Origin: Lingula anatina
Lineage: Eukaryota; Animalia; Brachiopoda
Reading direction: 5' to 3'
DNA: 64,000 bases
NCBI GenBank assembly: GCA_051362555.1
Contig: CM120640.1
Location: 26,212,225 to 26,276,224, forward strand
Shown here one piece after another: positions 62,651 to 64,000 of this stretch (its first letter is position 1; every line of letters begins with the position of its first letter). Under the pieces are notes generated by a model. That model saw only the letters and a program-made list of their open reading frames with translations, was not told the origin of the DNA and did no database searches. The position numbers were made by a program, and so were the translations under genes.

Positions 62651-64000
62651 TTTGATTTGCTTTTTTAGACATAAAGGTTATGAGCAACTGTCAGTATGAT
62701 GTCCTGAAGAAGAGTTTTTTACATGGAAGAGGAACTCCATGGCTCTCCACCAAAAAAAGATGAACTTTTCTTGAGGGTCCAAAGCGGGGACGAGTTGGAT
62801 AGTGAGAGACTTTTCCTGACTTTCGAGTGCTGCTTACAGGATATATTCAGTGAACTCATCTTGCCAATGTGACAAAGCATAATCTGCTGACTTCAAACCA
62901 TCTAGCACTTACATGTATGCTATAATGCAGACAGATTGGAAATCAAGGTGGTCTTTCCTCCCAAACCTAAGTCATATGCCTGATATTGAGAATGAACCAT
63001 TTTGGTCCAGCATTTACTTCTTAAGTCTAAATGACATCAAATGTATTATGGAATATGGTACTGGTGGCATATTGTGATTTCAACTTGATTTTAAACCAGT
63101 GTGTTGTTAGATTTTGTAAGATCACCAGTTGCAGTTTTGTGACTTTGTTACAGCATAAAATTCTGTATTTGGCAAATGACTGCATGTCATTTCTTTTAAG
63201 ACCTACAAAAATGGTTTGAGTGAACACTTGTGCCTGTATTCAATTCTCCACTCAGCCATTATTTAGAATTCATGCAGGGAAGCTATGCCTGTATTTTTTA
63301 AAGAAATATTTATACCTTTCTATTTATAGAATATCTTACTGATGAAACAATTTATGTTTGTGTAAGTTGGGTTGGTCCTTTCTTATGACACATCCCTTTG
63401 CATGGAGACGGCTCACATGAGTCAATACACTGACAGAGAGGGGGATAATTTGTTGATCTGCAATCCTCATGGGTCTGCATGTACATCAGACTCTTAACAT
63501 GATAGCCTGGCTATTAATAAGTCTCTCTCAAAAATGTTATCATACTATAATGTGTACTGCACAATGTGAAAGTTTGTGAATGCTTGAATAGAAGGCTTAT
63601 TTATGAAGATGGCATTAATGAGTATGAAAATAATTATGCATTCTAGCTTACAGAATCTGTGTATGTCTTATTCATTACATGTGACAGGTAATAATAAAGA
63701 TGATTTGGCCAAATTCCAAACTTATGTAGCAAACTTTGTTTATTCTTGTATTTTTGCCAATAATAAATAAAAATATAAATAAAAGATGTTTCAATATTTA
63801 AACTTTTATTTCATTCATAATCTCTACCCAGTTAATGCTTCATTGATACTGCAGCTTATGCTTTGTACATAACAATTTGTTAATTAATAATAACAGTTGG
63901 ATAGTACATGTTAATTTACTAAAGGGCTAGTTCTTAGAAAAACATGTTCGACATTAAAATATATTCTAAAAAAGTTTTCAAGTATTGCATTAGAATTGAA

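Overview
Eukaryotic, AT-rich, intron-rich animal genomic DNA (bilaterian invertebrate-like; the species cannot be read from the sequence). Six complete protein-coding genes were reconstructed exon by exon: ES1/GATD3 (+), PPP1R3 glycogen-targeting PP1 subunit (-), GINS4/SLD5 (-), tankyrase (+), CaMKIV (+) and dolichol kinase (-). There is also a partial divergent gene at the left edge and a spliced short-ORF/lncRNA-like transcript at the right edge. Mobile DNA consists of an intact-frame 5'-truncated L2-clade LINE, a decayed CR1/L2-group LINE fragment and several MITE/fold-back elements, most with visible target-site duplications. The most striking signal is a tandem duplicate of the tankyrase exon carrying the PARP catalytic Glu: two 157-nt copies 39 nt apart, with about 27 synonymous and only 4 non-synonymous codon differences, which fits obligate mutually exclusive splicing of the catalytic domain. 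Other highlights are a minor-spliceosome (U12) intron with non-canonical AT-AA or AT-AG ends in ES1, PPP1R3-TNKS microsynteny shared with both human paralog pairs, a CRE-kappaB-CRE module in the CaMKIV promoter, and a MITE family sharing a YY1-like subterminal motif. All coordinates were read by hand, gene names rest on recalled homolog sequences, and no database search was run.
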